Shown: piece by piece, positions 30,360-45,835 of the stretch | How positions within the stretch are numbered: the stretch's first letter is position 1 | Layout of the letters: every line of letters starts with the position of its first letter | From: Octopus vulgaris | Lineage: Eukaryota | Reading direction: 5' to 3' | NCBI GenBank assembly: GCA_951406725.2 | Contig: OX597832.1 | Location: 49,290,001 to 49,354,000 of the forward strand | Length of the DNA stretch: 64,000 nt | Made by a program: the position numbers and the translations under genes | Notes under the pieces: generated by a model | Seen by the model: only the letters and a program-made list of their open reading frames with translations | Database searches by the model: none | Told to the model about the DNA's origin: nothing

Positions 30360-31135
30360 GGCAAGATTCAATGCCAATAGTTTTGAAAGTGAGGGGTAGG
30401 GGGTTAAGTGGATTACATCGACCAATACTTTATTCTACCAACACTGAATGGATCAAAAGTCAAATTGATTTCTGCGGCATTTGATCTCAGAACGTATGGA
30501 ACTGGAAAAAATACTGCGAAGTATTTATTTCTTTATCGACCTCAGGGGCGAGGGAGGGACTAAACATACAGAGGACAAACAAGGACAGACAAACGGATTA
30601 AGTCAATTATATCGACCCCATCGCGTAACTGGTACTTAATTCATCGACCTCGAATGGATGAAAGGCAAAGTCGACCTCGGCGGAATTTGAACTCAGAACG
30701 TAACTGCAGACGAAATACCTATTTCTTTACTACTCAAAAGGGGCTAAACACAGAGAGGACAAACAAGGACAGACAAGCGGATCAAGTCGATTATATCAAC
30801 CCCAGTGCGTACTTGGTACTTAATTTATCGACCCCGGAAAGATGAAAGGCAAAGTCGACCTCGGCGAAATTTCAACTCAGAACGTAGTGGCAGACGAAAT
30901 ACCTATTTCTTTATTACCCACAAGGGGCTAAATACAACCATTTTTGTTAGGTTTTATAATGGTTTAAAATTTTGGCAGAACAAACGGATTAAGTCAATTA
31001 TATCGACTCCAGTGCGTAACTGGTACTTAATTTATCGACCACGAAAGGATGAAAAGCAAGTCGACCTCGGCTGGAGGACGAAATACCGCTAAGCATTTTG
31101 CTTGGCGTGCTAACAACTCTGCCAGCTCACCGCCT
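30360..31135 (-). mobile_element. SINE family A array (head, several bodies, distal old copy)
   Basis: Repeated GACGAAATACC-TATTTCTTT junctions at about 30715 and 30897. Confidence 0.8.
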
Positions 31136-31451
31136 TTGTTAGATATTATATTAAAATATCTCTGCAACAAAAGGTTAATCTTTAGTGTTGAGAGTGCAGA
31201 GAGCAACATTTAACAACGATATAGCAACTCATCTATCATAGACAATAAAGGAAATTGGAGAGATTTATTAATGTAAATAGTGTTACTGGTAGCTATTTAG
31301 GATGAAAATTGATGGCATTAATGTCGATAAAGTAAACTAATGAGAAATTCCGTTCGAGTGAAGAATTTCAAGACTTGGCGTGCTAACAACTCTGCCAGCT
31401 TACCGCCTTTGTTAGATATTATATTAAAATATCTCTGCCACAAAAGGTTAA

Positions 31452-31596
31452 TTTTATGAATCACTGTGATGTCCAATGAAATACTACGGAACATTGTCAG
31501 AGACTATGATACACCATGGAAATATCATGATATTCAAATATGGTCTAAGAAAGCAGCAGAGATTTCTGCAAGAAATATGGCAGTTTTACGAATATA

Positions 31597-31646
<50 letters not shown>

Positions 31647-32241
31647 TTTATATCCGGATTCGGTAGTGGGTAGTTATGGGAGCATAAGCAATCGTTTAAA
31701 CCCGTTAGATAGGAAACTAGGTGTTAGTATTTCCGGTCGATAACTGATGAAGAATTAGGGTCCTAGTGTCTGTCCTACGCATATGTTTTATAATATTTCA
31801 TGCATGTTTCATTTATGGAATAACTGAAGGCCACAAATCCCGAATTTCGACCACAGTAATTATATATATTTTATGAATCACTGTGATGTCCAATGAAATA
31901 CTACGGAACATTGTCAGAGACTATGATACACCATGGAAATATCATGATATTCAAATATGGTCTAAGAAAGCAGCAGAGATTTCTTCAAGAAATATGGCAT
32001 TTTTACGAATATGTGTGTGTGTGCTATTATATCCGGATTCGGTAGTGCGTAGTTATGGGAGCATAATCAATCGTTTAAACCCTTTTATATATAAGAAACT
32101 AGGTGTTAGTAATTCCGTTCGATAACTGATGAAGAATTAGGGTCCTAGTGTCTGTCCTACGCATACGTTTTGTAATATTTAATGCATTTTTCATTTATGG
32201 AATAACTGAACGCCTCAAACCCCGACTTTTGATCACAGTAA

Positions 32242-32246
<5 letters not shown>
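31452..32246 (+). repeat. direct tandem duplication, unit of about 415 bp
   Basis: TTTTATGAATCACTGTGATGTCCAATG... starts at about 31452 and again at about 31869; the copies differ mainly in TG repeat length. Confidence 0.9.
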
Positions 32247-32312
<66 letters not shown>

Positions 32313-32498
32313 GTAGTTGGTCAGGATGTTTACTCCAAGGGGGGGATCTAAGATCTTGGGGAAAAATTTGACCATTTTATAGTGTTATTGAGTGTGTAGT
32401 GGTGGGGTGGGATATAAGATAGTACAAGAGGGTGATGAATGGGGAGAAAGTGAGAGAAAGCATGTGTGTGTGTGTGTGTGTTTGTGTGTGTGTTTGTA

Positions 32499-32559
<61 letters not shown>

Positions 32560-32677
32560 CGTGTCTGTGTGTGTGAGTATATGAATATATATAAAGAGAG
32601 TGCGAGATACATAGATAGGAAGATAGACATACTTGTGTGTGTGTAATGTGTGTAATGTATACATGTACATATGTACA

Positions 32678-32743
<66 letters not shown>

Positions 32744-32903
32744 ATAATATCGATATTTAAATATCGATCTTATCAAGTGGCCAGCATGATGAAATATTTT
32801 TTGCTAGTTTATTTTGTCTCTCTGTCTTCTCTCATTTAAGGTGGTTTTAAGGTCAGGGTTTTGACTGCTATTTCAGCATGGTGGTATCTCTCAAATACTC
32901 TAA

Positions 32904-32957
<54 letters not shown>

Positions 32958-32997
32958 CGGAGATGTACTTTTTGAGTTTGATCCTGTTAATGGAGAA

Positions 32998-33306
32998 TAG
33001 TGAAGGCGTAGGTATTATTGATAAGTGTATTCGACTCACGATCCTTTTGTCTTGAGTTCGACTCTGTGTGGCACGTTTTGTCGTTGAGCAAGACGCTTTA
33101 TTTCACAATCAGCTGGCAAAAATGTGTAGTACTTGTAATTCAAAGGGCCAACCATGTCGTAATCTGTGTCACACTGAATCTCCCCGAGAACGACGTTAAG
33201 GCTACGCGTGTCTGTGGAGTGCTCAGCCACTTGCACGTTAATTTTACAACTAGGCTGTTCCGTTGATCGGGTCAACTAGAACCCTTGTCGTAGCGGAAGG
33301 AGTGCC
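32998..33306 (+). mobile_element. diverged tRNA-derived SINE (family E)
   Basis: TTGAGCAAGACGCTTTATTTCAC...GTGTCTGTGGAGTGCTCAGCCAC; reverse copies at 36640-36715 and 37415-37655. Confidence 0.65.
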
Positions 33307-33537
33307 GGCTTTTATTAGTTGGGTGTGTATGAAGTTTATTGGATGGCGCTGGATATGGGTTTATTACGAGTGTGGCGGCGTTGTTAGTGATTCTGTTGTT
33401 GCTGCGGCTGGTGGTGGGGTTGGTGAAGGTGGTGGTAGTAGAGTGGAAATGCAAGTAAAATGGTCTTAATCCGCAAAAACATATGTTAGCAGAATTATAG
33501 TAGGGGAACAAAAAAAGTACAAGACTCCATACATATA

Positions 33538-33611
<74 letters not shown>

Positions 33612-34035
33612 CATACATACATATATATATATATATAGGCATATAGAAACATCATGTAGATATATATACATATGTGTGCGTGCGTGTGTAGCGTGTGTAT
33701 ATGTATATATATATATATATGTATATACACTTATATATGTGGGTGTTAATGTGAATGAAAAAAAAATTTTAAAAAGAAAGAAAGAAGGAAATAAGTGCAA
33801 ATTTTACCGGTGTGTTAAATTATAAGGCACTAAAAGAGAATGACTCTCCCCAGACACAACAGTATATACACATATATGTATACATATATACATATACATA
33901 TATATATATATATACATATATATACACACATATATACATATGTATACGTTTATATATATACATATATATATATACTTACATACATATATATATATATACC
34001 AACATACATATACATACATATATATATATATATAT

Positions 34036-34089
<54 letters not shown>

Positions 34090-34379
34090 TATGGGGAGAG
34101 AGATAAGGATAGATATAGCTTTACTAATGTGTACATAAACATGCATAAACGCAAAGATGGTTGCGCGTAAGTATACTGGTTGGCAAAATTGTGTGTGTGT
34201 GTGTGTGTGTGTGCGTGTGTGTGTGTACTGTGCTGCATATGCATAAATTTGCGAACGTATTCTACGTTAACATGGATATTTACATGTTACTAAAGAGGTG
34301 CCGACTGACATTTGTCGGTGCAGGTGATAATGGTTTGTATACGAAGCATACTCTGAAAGAGATAAGCAGTTGCACACAC

Positions 34380-34501
<122 letters not shown>

Positions 34502-34719
34502 CTTAACACTTATACAATGGAGCTTAATCGTTCGGTGGTGTATCTATGCACCATAAGAGTGAACGGAAGGATGCACAGAAAGTTACCATTATATTGGTGG
34601 GGCGACAGCGTTAAAGTATGAACAGAGAAAGTTTCAAAAGCAAAAGAGAAGCAATCTACCAAGTATTAGAAGTGTCAGAGTAGGAAACAGTTGCTTTCTG
34701 CGCAGTCGCTTTATTCACT

Positions 34720-35130
34720 ACTCTTTTTCTCTTTTACTCTTTTATATGTTTCAGTCATTTGACTGCGGCCATGCTGGAGCACCGCCTTTAATCGAGCAAC
34801 TCGACCCCAGGATTTATTCTTTTTGTAAGCCCAGTACTTATTCTATCGGTCTCTTTTTGCCGAACCGCTAAGTTACGGGGAAGCAAACACACCATCATCG
34901 GTTGTCAAGCAATGCTAGGGGGACAAACACAGACACACAAACATATACACACACACATATATATACATATATACGACGGGCTTCTTTCAGTTTCCGTCTA
35001 CCAAATCCACTCACAAGGCATTGGTCGGCCCGAGGCTTTAGTAGAAGCCACTAGCCCAAGGTGCCACGAAGTAGGACTGAACCCGGAACCATGTGGCTCG
35101 TAAGCAAAATACTTACCACACAGCCACTCC
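34720..35130 (-). mobile_element. SINE family B
   Basis: Family B consensus in reverse orientation. Confidence 0.85.
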
Positions 35131-35177
35131 TGATATATGCATACTTCCATAGACTCTTTAATTCTTTTATTCGTATA

Positions 35178-35340
35178 AGGCGGCGAGCTGGCAGAAACGT
35201 TAGCACGCCGGGCGAAATGCTTGGCGGTATTCCGTCTGCCGTTACGTTCTGAGTTCAAATTCTGCCGAGGTCGACCTTGCCTTTTGTCCTTTCGGGGTCG
35301 ATTAAATAAGTACCAGTTACGCACTGGGGTCGATATAATC
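35178..35340 (+). mobile_element. SINE family A, 3'-truncated
   Basis: Family A head and core. Confidence 0.85.
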
Positions 35341-35354
35341 TTACAAGGAAAAAA

Positions 35355-35804
35355 ATTCAATTCAGAAATACTAAATCAAATTTCACACAATATAATATAT
35401 ACATAAAAAATTGGGAAAAAAACCACCTTTTATCAATTCAAAATGAACAATTAAATTACACCATCTAGAAAATTACATATAATAGAAATATTAACATTAA
35501 AATAACAACAAAATGTCAAAGATAAGTAAATTGCAAAACAATAATAATAATAATAATAAAGTATATAAATTGTTATATTTAATAATAAGTTATTATTATT
35601 ATTACTATTTTTGCAATCTACTTAATCTTTGACATATTATTGTCATTTTATTATTGTTATTTTAATGTTAATATTTCTATCATATGTAATTTTCTAGATG
35701 GTGTAATTTAATTATTCATTTTGAATTGATAAAAGGTGTTTTTTTCTAATTTTTATGTATATATTATATTGTGTGAAATTTGATTTAGTATTTCTAAATT
35801 GAAT

Positions 35805-35805
<1 letters not shown>
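35355..35805. repeat. AT-rich imperfect palindrome of about 450 bp
   Basis: ATTCAATTCAGAAATACTAAATCAAATTTCACACAATAT... is mirrored by ...ATATTGTGTGAAATTTGATTTAGTATTTCTAAATTGAAT. Confidence 0.85.
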
Positions 35806-35842
<37 letters not shown>

Positions 35843-36296
35843 TGCACGCGTATCTGTATGCTTGTGTGTTTCAAGAAGCGGAGAGACGAGACAGTAAGAC
35901 ATATTGTAATAGAGAAACATAGACCTAGGTGAAGCGATGCCATAAAATTAACTGTTTATTGCAATTTAGCCTCTTTATATTCAATACAATTTCAATTTCA
36001 GATTCCTTAAATCAATTTACCTTACCATTTGACATTTTTCTGATTTTTCTTTTGTCTCTGTGGTTCGACTGTTTAAACTAAGGGTCTTTTGTTTCCATTA
36101 CTATTGGAAAATTTCCAGTCACGGGAGAAGAAAGGAAAAAAATGTTTCTTAGAAGTATATTATTTTATCAATAGACGCTCCATTATGACGTCAATTTATG
36201 CTTGCAATAATTCTAACGGCAAACAACCAACATCAAATTAGCTATGGTATTATGTCAGATATCGTGGACAGTTGAGGCCATTGTTTTTATTTTCGA

Positions 36297-36330
<34 letters not shown>

Positions 36331-36516
36331 ATTGTTTTCGCTGATGATGATGTTGCTGATGATGATGTTGCTGATGCTGCTGCTACTGCAGCTGTTGTTC
36401 TTGCTCATATTGTTATTGTTTAACCCTGATCGAATAGAGACATATGGTCAAAGGTATTCCAACATTGTTCATTCAATCTTTCTACCAGACGTAGTTTACT
36501 TCTCCCTCTCTCTATC

Positions 36517-36567
<51 letters not shown>

Positions 36568-36851
36568 CTATCTATCTATCTATCTCTGTCAAATGTAAAT
36601 ATCTTTAAAACTTTCCAGAAGTTTAGCATTTAAATATATATGCCAGTGGCTAAGCACTCCACAGACACGCTTACACTCAACATAGTTCTCAGGGAAATTC
36701 AGCGTGACAAAGAATATGTCTTCAGCTCTAGTGTTGGGAGCCAGTCTTCTGTCTTCTTCTTCTTTCTTCTGTTCCCTGGCCTCTTCGGTGTAGCGTCAAC
36801 GAGTGTCAGCGGGCGACTGAGTGCCTTGTCAAATTTATCTCTCAGTCTCTG

Positions 36852-36956
<105 letters not shown>

Positions 36957-37414
36957 ATGTGCTATTTCCTATTTTACAAGGGTCGGCAATCAACGATCTC
37001 AGTGCCAAAATCTAAAATTTCAAGATTTTCCTTGAGTTAGCTACAACAGCGCTTTTCCGTAATCTCCTACCGGCTTATTTACAATTTACTCTGCTAGTTT
37101 CATTCACTCCCGATCTTACCCTTCAAATACAGGGTCCATTAGACCTTTAGGTTATAAAACTGGTTTATGTGAATGGAGGGCATTTCCAGACGCCGCTGGG
37201 ACATGCCCTGGTATCACGTGATACATGTCAAAAGAGTCTTGGTGACAAAGGAGCAACTCCAGATTCACCAAAATTTCTGAATTCTCCAGCTGAAGCTTCA
37301 CCGCCGGATGAATGTCTTGCTCGAGACTACAGTTTACCTAGGAGTACATTACTATTGTGTCCATTCATCTTAATTACGACAGAGTGTGAATTAAGAGAGA
37401 TTTTAGCTGCTATT

Positions 37415-37655
37415 TCTGTACCAACTGAGTCTGGTTCTCCGTCGGTTGCGACGACGAGTATTCCAGTTGACCCGATCAACGGAACAACCTGATCGAGAAA
37501 TTAACATGCCAGTGGCTAAGCACTCCACAGACACGCTTATTTTCAACATAGTTCTCAGGTCGATTCAGCGTGACAAAGAATGTGTCAAGGCCGACCCTTT
37601 TGAATTACAGGTACAGCGCAAGGTTGCAACGTGAAATAAAGTGTCTTCCTCAAGA
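37415..37655 (-). mobile_element. SINE family E
   Basis: Reverse-complement similarity to about 33085-33306. Confidence 0.65.
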
Positions 37656-38713
37656 CTTTTTACAGACATAGTTTATCTTTGAATACATTGTCGACATTCC
37701 CAACGCTTCCTGTTTTAAGATGAATTTCAGGGAGATTTTGCTGCTATTTTTAGCAACACTATAGAGATTCACTCGTTGGTAGAACAACGTATTAAATGCC
37801 TTATTGATATTCAGTTACGTCCCTTTACGTTCTTGGTTCAATTCTCCCAAGCTTGAGGGGTTTGTTTTTTCTGCCTTTCATCCCTTCTTTGAAAGTCGCT
37901 AAAATAGATATTAGTAAGGAAGGAATTACAACCGTGTTTCGTGGTCTGCTACCACAACAGCTCCTTTATAGGATCCAGTTAGCTCAAGACATCATCAGGA
38001 GGAACCACGTCCAGTTTCGGCCCCTACTCCTCTACCGTTTTGATGTGGCCGGGCCCCTACTTTTTGAGGTGTCTTGAGCTCTGGTGTTGGGTGCCTGTCT
38101 TCTTTCTTCTTCTTTCTTCTGTTCCCTGGCCTCTTCGATGTAGCATCACCGAGTGTCAGCGGGCGACTGAGTGCCTTGTCAAATTTTTCCCCTTTAAATA
38201 TTAGTAAAATACACAGGATTGATTAAACTGAAGGGAATTCTCGTTGTCCAATATATGGGACATAGGTTTCTATATTCGAAAGTTTATTTAGGTAAGATAC
38301 AAGCGTTTGATGGTAAACTCACTATGACGTCAGACTACAGTAATTATACGTTGACGAAAAATCAATTTAGTAAACATCTAATCTGATTTTCAATTTTAGT
38401 CAAGTACATTGAAGTTAACACAGTTCGATAGTGATGTTAATGAAACCAAAACATGTCAGGAATGGTCTTCCGTACTTATTCCCAGCAAATTTTAAAATAT
38501 CGTTGATTAAATTTTTGTTGATTTTTTTTTTGTGTGTTGTTTTGTTTTGTCCTTTATTTTGTTTTTTTTCTTTGTAATTTTCTCAGTCTAATTAAATCTC
38601 GTTAACTTGTTTAATTCTTTCTACATTTAATATGTTAACACTAATTTAACAATTGCTTATTTTGTCTGTTTATTTTTTGTCCGGCATCGCTGAATCATAG
38701 TTGAAATTAAGAG

Positions 38714-39464
38714 CATGTATGTATGTATGCATGCATGTATGTATGTATGTATGTATGTATGTATGTATGTATGTATGTATGTATGTATGTATGTATGTAT
38801 GTATGTATGTATGTATGTATGTATGTATGTATGTATGTATGTATGTATGTGTATGTATGTATGTATGTATGTATGTATGTATGTATGTATGCATGCATGT
38901 ATGTATGCATGCATGTATGTATGTATGTATGTATGTATGTATGTATGTATGTATGCATGTATGTATGTATGTATGTATGTATGTATGCATGTATGTATGT
39001 ATGTATGCATGTATGTATGCATGTATGTATGTATGTATGTATGCATGTATGTATGTATGTATGTATGTATGTATGTATGCATGTATGTATGTATGTATGT
39101 ATGTATGCATGTATGCATGCATGTATGTATGTATGTATGTATGTATGTATGTATGTATGTATGTATGTATGTATGTATGTAGGTATGTATGTATGTATGT
39201 ATGTATGTATGTATGTATGTATGTATGTAGGTATGTATGTATGTGTGTGTGTATGTATGTATGTAAGTATGTATGTATGTATGTATGCATGTATGTATGT
39301 ATGTATGAATGTATGTATGTATGTATGTATGTATGTATGTATGTATGCATGTATGTATGTATGTATGCATGCATGTATGTATGTATGTATGCATGCATGT
39401 ATGTATGTATGTATGTATGTATGTATGTATGTATGTATGTATGTATGTATGTATGCATGTATGT
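38714..39464. repeat. (TATG)n microsatellite of about 750 bp
   Basis: Direct inspection; source of the long MYVC and HTYI ORFs. Confidence 0.97.
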
Positions 39465-40018
39465 AGGCCATTGTTCAGTTTTATTTCGAGATTTCTTGCC
39501 TATTGAGAAAGAGTATGTTTCTAATATATGTCACGACTCCTTCATTGGAATTTCAACATCAACAACAGAGTATTTTGTATGCATGTATGTATGTATGAAT
39601 GTATGCATGCATGTATGTATGTATGTATGTATGTATGTATGTATGTATGTATGTATGTATGTATGTATGTATGTATGTATGTATGTATGTATGTATGTAT
39701 GTATGTATGTATGCAGGTTTGTATGTTTTATGTATGTATCCTCATGTATATAGTTGCATATCCAGACATGGTCATATATATTTAAATGCTAAACTTCTGG
39801 AAAGTTTTAACGATTTTTACATTTCCTGTGATGGATTGGATCTGTAGTCTTCGAATTAGCTTTCTCCTTTCTGGTTTTGAGAAGCCTAAATTCTCTAGAT
39901 TGGTATTTAGGTAGTGTGTTACATATCCCAGGGCCCCAATAATTACAGGTATAAATCTGAACGTGTAATCTTGATACAGTAATTGCAGATTTCCTAATAG
40001 TTCATCATAGGTGTTCAC
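39465..40018 (-). mobile_element. 3' end of an RLE-type (R4/Dong-like) non-LTR retrotransposon
   Basis: ORF 39782-40018 YDELL..LQLLY...FIPVIIGALG....L..LG...LQIQSITG.VKI matches the C-terminal part of restriction-like endonuclease domains; a putative 3' UTR with AATAAA runs into (TACA)n. Confidence 0.7.
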
Positions 40019-40699
40019 TTTATATATATATGTATGTATGTATGTATGAATGTATGTATGTATGTATGTATGTATATACTAAATATATATTATTATTTAT
40101 GTTTGCGTGTGTTTGTATGTATGTGTGTGTGTTTGTGTACGTGTCTATTTGTGTGAGTGTGCGAGCATCCGTGTGTATTTGGTGTGAGAGAGAAAGAGAA
40201 AGAGAGAGAGGGAGAGGGGAGAGAGAGGGAGAGAGAGAGAGAGTGAAACATCGAACTTGATTTGCTTACTGCGAGAGAATGGATTCTGATTCAATAACGT
40301 CCGGCAGCCAACAAGATGAATAGCAGATTCTGCGGTTGTGTACTTCGATTAAAAATCGATAATTTACTTCTAATTTCGCGCGACTTTTATCTTTAGTAAT
40401 ACTCCATATACATGACACTTCTTTAAGCCGTTTCCCGCTAAGCATTTGTAACTTCTTTAATCTGCCCTTAATCTGGTCTTAGCTAAATATATCTCCCACA
40501 GTGATAACATCAGACATTCTCATTTTTTATTGATCTTCTCTCGATCGTTGGTGTTCGATAAGTTCTTGCCTATTACCGATTTAACGTCTCCAACAAATTG
40601 GATTTCGTCGTTGTGTTTACGCTGCTAATGTAATCCTTCAATATACACACATACGTATATATGTATATATATATGTATATACATATATACATATATATA

Positions 40700-40798
<99 letters not shown>

Positions 40799-41414
40799 CA
40801 TTGTACAGATATATACACACAAAGTTACTCATAAGCAAACGTATGTATATGTGTGGTGATTCTAGATAGATAAATAGAAAGCTGATTAGGTGGATGGATG
40901 GCTATGTGGATGAATCGATGTATATAGGCACACATACATACGAATTCACATGCATATATATGAATGTGTATAAGTATAATCATATATATATATATATATA
41001 TATATTTATATCCACACACACGCACAAGCGCACACATATATTACACACACACACATGTACGTATACATTTTGCGTTGACTGTCGGATCCTGACAAATATT
41101 CCTAATTTTCCATTTTTATTCTATTTCGCTTTACTTTACGATTGCTACCAACTCAGTTTTGTACCACTGACAACTCTGCATCCCTATAGTTGATGTTTTC
41201 ATTCTTTTCATTTTTTAATGTCATATCATTATATGTACACACACACACATATATAAACATATATATATATATATATATATATAAAAGAATAAATGTTTTA
41301 TATATAATGAACGTGAAATACAGGAAGGGACGAACACGGAACACAGACAAATCATTCGAAGCCTTCAATCTTCAGTCAGACACCGAATCATCATAGCAAA
41401 TTTCGGCTGTTCAA

Positions 41415-41477
<63 letters not shown>

Positions 41478-41510
41478 GTATGTATTTATCTATCTATCTA
41501 TCTATCTATC

Positions 41511-41546
<36 letters not shown>

Positions 41547-41551
41547 CGAGT

Positions 41552-41598
<47 letters not shown>

Positions 41599-41761
41599 CC
41601 AGCCGAAATTGCAAAGATAATCTGGAATTCGACTGAGGATAGAAAACTCCGAATGACCCGTCCTTATTTTCTTTGTAATGTGTTTGTATGTTTTGTTGTC
41701 CCTTTTTTGTATCACCTAACTATCTGTATGTTTTGCGTTCTTGTCCAATTTTGGTACTAAC

Positions 41762-41796
<35 letters not shown>

Positions 41797-41959
41797 ATAT
41801 TATTCTACCAAATATATACGTTTTTTTTATTATTTTGCACATTACTTAATCATTGGTAAATGTTTTTATCTCATATTTAATTTTTCTATAAGATGTACTT
41901 TTTTCTAAATGGTATAATTTAATTTTTTTCATTGTTGAATTGATAAAGGGTGTTTTTTT

Positions 41960-42034
<75 letters not shown>

Positions 42035-42549
42035 TAAAATATGTTTGCCAACTAAATGGACGATGTTACTGATGTTACACATCTGTACATGAAAGTTGAC
42101 GCCTCCCAATATGTAATTCCAGACTACTTCTTGGAGGGATTGTGCAATCAAATGTTACCCTCTCTTCCGTTTTGCCAAACGAAAGAAGAGAAAAAACATA
42201 CTAGAGAAGGATAAAACCGACCTCTAAATTGAAACAGAAAGGTAATGGATAACTGAACTACGCGTCCGTGGCCGGCATCATTAGCGAAACAGTGCAAGTT
42301 GGCCCGGTCGAGCTCGAAAAGTATAAATGTTTATAGCAGAGGGAAGAAGCGAACATGAAGCTGACTCCCCCAGAAGAAGTGATGTACGACACAAAACGCA
42401 AAACAATAGTTTTGTTGTCCCTGGCAACAAAAAGGATAGGGATGTCATCTATGGATGCTATCGAAAAGTGCCTACTATCAATTCGGCGAGATATATAACA
42501 TGTAAATAAAGGAAGGCGCCTCAGCTCAGTCGAGGTAAGATTCGCTTCC

Positions 42550-42613
42550 GAAGTTCTAGTGATGTATTGGATCGGTAGTCTTCGTATTAGCCTTCTCCTT
42601 TCTTGTTTTGTGA
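42550..42613 (-). mobile_element. short second fragment of the same R4/Dong-like element
   Basis: TKQERRRLIRRLPIQYIT versus SKPERRKLIRRLQIQSIT; nucleotide similarity to about 39822-39882. Confidence 0.6.
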
Positions 42614-43499
42614 ATATGTATGTATATATGTAGGAATGGATAGATAGATGGATCGATCGATGTATGAGTACGAATATCTGTGAGCATACGCGTGTGTATA
42701 TGTGTTTACATATGTGTATATTTATATATGTTGGTGTGTATATATTCTTGCGAATGTGTGCCTTATCTGAGCTCGTATTTCTGCTGATTTGTGTACGTTT
42801 GTGTATACTATTTGTACGTTTGGGTGCGTGTGTGTATATACGTGCGTACGTACGAGTGTGTGTTGTGTACATCTATGTGTTGTGCGTGTGTGTTATGTGT
42901 ATGTATGTGTATGTGTAGATGTTTGCTCGTGAGTCCTTCTGTTTGTATATGGTTTTATGTCCTTTGTGTCGGACATGTATTTATTTCTTATTGCCTGCTC
43001 TTATCTTGCTTATGGCCTAATGACCTCCCGCTATCAGTCGCTTGGCCTTGTTGATTTGCTAGCTCTTGTCTTCTTATGATTTTTGTTATTTATTTTTTCC
43101 TTCTCCGGCTCTCATTTTCACTTCGGTTCTGTTAGAGGCGTGGCATTATCCTGACTTCCGTAAACTGATGCTTTGTTTCTTAACTATGTGACCTGCAATC
43201 AGTTGCATAAGGCGGAAACATGTATATATTTCGATTTTCAATATAGATTATTGTTTTTATGGTGAAACACCGATGAAGTGAATGCGTGATTGCATAATGT
43301 CCCAACTTGCGTAATAATTACGGAATTTTGATGAAATGCGCGTATGTTCTCCAAAGCTTTGAAAATCATATCTGCTTTATATCTATTATATCTATTTCTC
43401 TATCTATCTATCTGTCTATCTATTTATTTATCTATTTATCTATCTCTTTATCTGTCTAGCTATATATCTATCTATCTAACTATCGATTTATCTATTTAC

Positions 43500-43600
<101 letters not shown>

Positions 43601-44252
43601 AAGCTCGATGGAAACTATATTTATGAAAGCACTTCGTACGTGTTTCTGTATATGTGTGTGTGCACGAGCACGCATGAGTGTTGTGTGTGTATGTATGCAT
43701 GTATGTATGTATGTATGTATATATGTATATGTGCGTGTCTTTGCCTGTGCATTGGTCCTCACGCACATTGGCAACACGTGCTGGTTTATTTACGTCCTGG
43801 TACTGATTCGGTAAAAGCAACTAACAGAATAAGCACCAAAATTATACAAAACGAAAAAAAAAAACAAAGCTAGAACTGGGATCGAGTTTTTTCCATTGAA
43901 ACCTTTCTAATTACTGAAACAGGTAAAAACAGACAAGATAAGGGACATGCATGCATGCGCATGCGTGCGTACGCAAAAGTAACTTCTGTATATCTGTATA
44001 TATATATGAAACTTTCCCCCTTAATCTATCAGTATACGTAATGCGGGAGATTGCACACAAAAGCATTTGAATGAAAATAACAAAAGCCGAAAGGTTTAAC
44101 GCTGTTATAGTCCATATGTTGTTTGTTATGATTAAGCCTTCACCACGTCTGTCTTGCTGAACTTAAAGAAAACAGAACAGCCTTGCCGAAAGCTCAGCAG
44201 TTTATAACCACCAGTTGGAGTACTTCATTGTCGACCTTTCCCAGCTATATAC

Positions 44253-44393
<141 letters not shown>

Positions 44394-44520
44394 CATGTGT
44401 ATATATATATGTGTGTGTGTGTATATATTTATATATGCATATGTATTATATATATACATATATATACATATTTACATACTAATATATATATATAAACAAA
44501 CATACTAATATACAAATATA

Positions 44521-44627
<107 letters not shown>

Positions 44628-45213
44628 CCAATGTACAGTTCTCTAACTGCTGAAAATACTGTGGTACATGTGTGTATACATATGCGTGTGTAAACATGTT
44701 AAATACACCCTCACACATACATATACAGAACCACACACATACACATCTATATATATATATACATATATATACATGTTTATACATATATCTATGTATGTAT
44801 GCATGCATTTATGTACATGCACACGCGCATACACATATACTCAAAATCACAGGCAATTATGTACAAACACGCACCAATACGCGTTAGTGTATTTATGTGA
44901 TAGTACCTGTGTGTACGTACGTATGTGAGTGCGTACGTTTATATGTATAGGAGAGGCTGAGTGGTAAGTAGCTTGCTCACCAACCACATGGTTCCGGGTT
45001 CAGTCACACTGCGTGGCACCTTGGGTAAGTGTCTTTTACTATAGCCTCGAGCCGACCAAAGCCTTGTGAGTGGATTTGCTTCTTATTTTATCGACCCTGA
45101 GAGTATGAAAGGCAAAGTCGATCTCTGCAGAATTTGAGCTCAGAACCTAACGACGGGCGAAATACCGATAACCATTTTGCTTGGCATGCTCACGATTCTA
45201 CCAGCTCACCGCC

Positions 45214-45290
<77 letters not shown>

Positions 45291-45451
45291 TGATGGCATG
45301 AACTGCTCTCTCACTCAATAATAATAATAATGACCCTTTGAATTACAGGTACAAAGCAATTTTCCTAGCTGAGTGGACAGGAGCAATGTGAAATAAAGTG
45401 TCTTGCTTCGGGGGCATGATGTGTCACCTGGAATCGAACTCATGACATGCA

Positions 45452-45835
45452 TACTCTTTTACTCTGTTACTTGTTTCAGTCATTTGACTGTGGCCATGCT
45501 GGAGCACCTCCTTTAGTCGAGCAAATCGACTTATTCTTTGTAAGCCTAGTACTTATTCTATCGGTCTCTTTTGCTGAACCGCTAAGTTACGGGGACGTAA
45601 ACACGCCAGCATCGGTTGTCAAGCAATGTTGGGGGAACAAACACAGACACACATACGCACATACACACATACACACATACGACGGGCTTCTTTCAGTTTC
45701 CATCTACCAAATCTGCTCACAAGGCTTTGGTCGACCCGAGACTATAGTAGAAAACACTTGCCCAAGGTGTCACGCTGTGGGTCTGGACCTGAAATCATGT
45801 GGTTGGTAAGCGAGCTACTTACCACACAACCACTC
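45452..45835 (-). mobile_element. SINE family B
   Basis: Family B consensus in reverse orientation. Confidence 0.85.
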
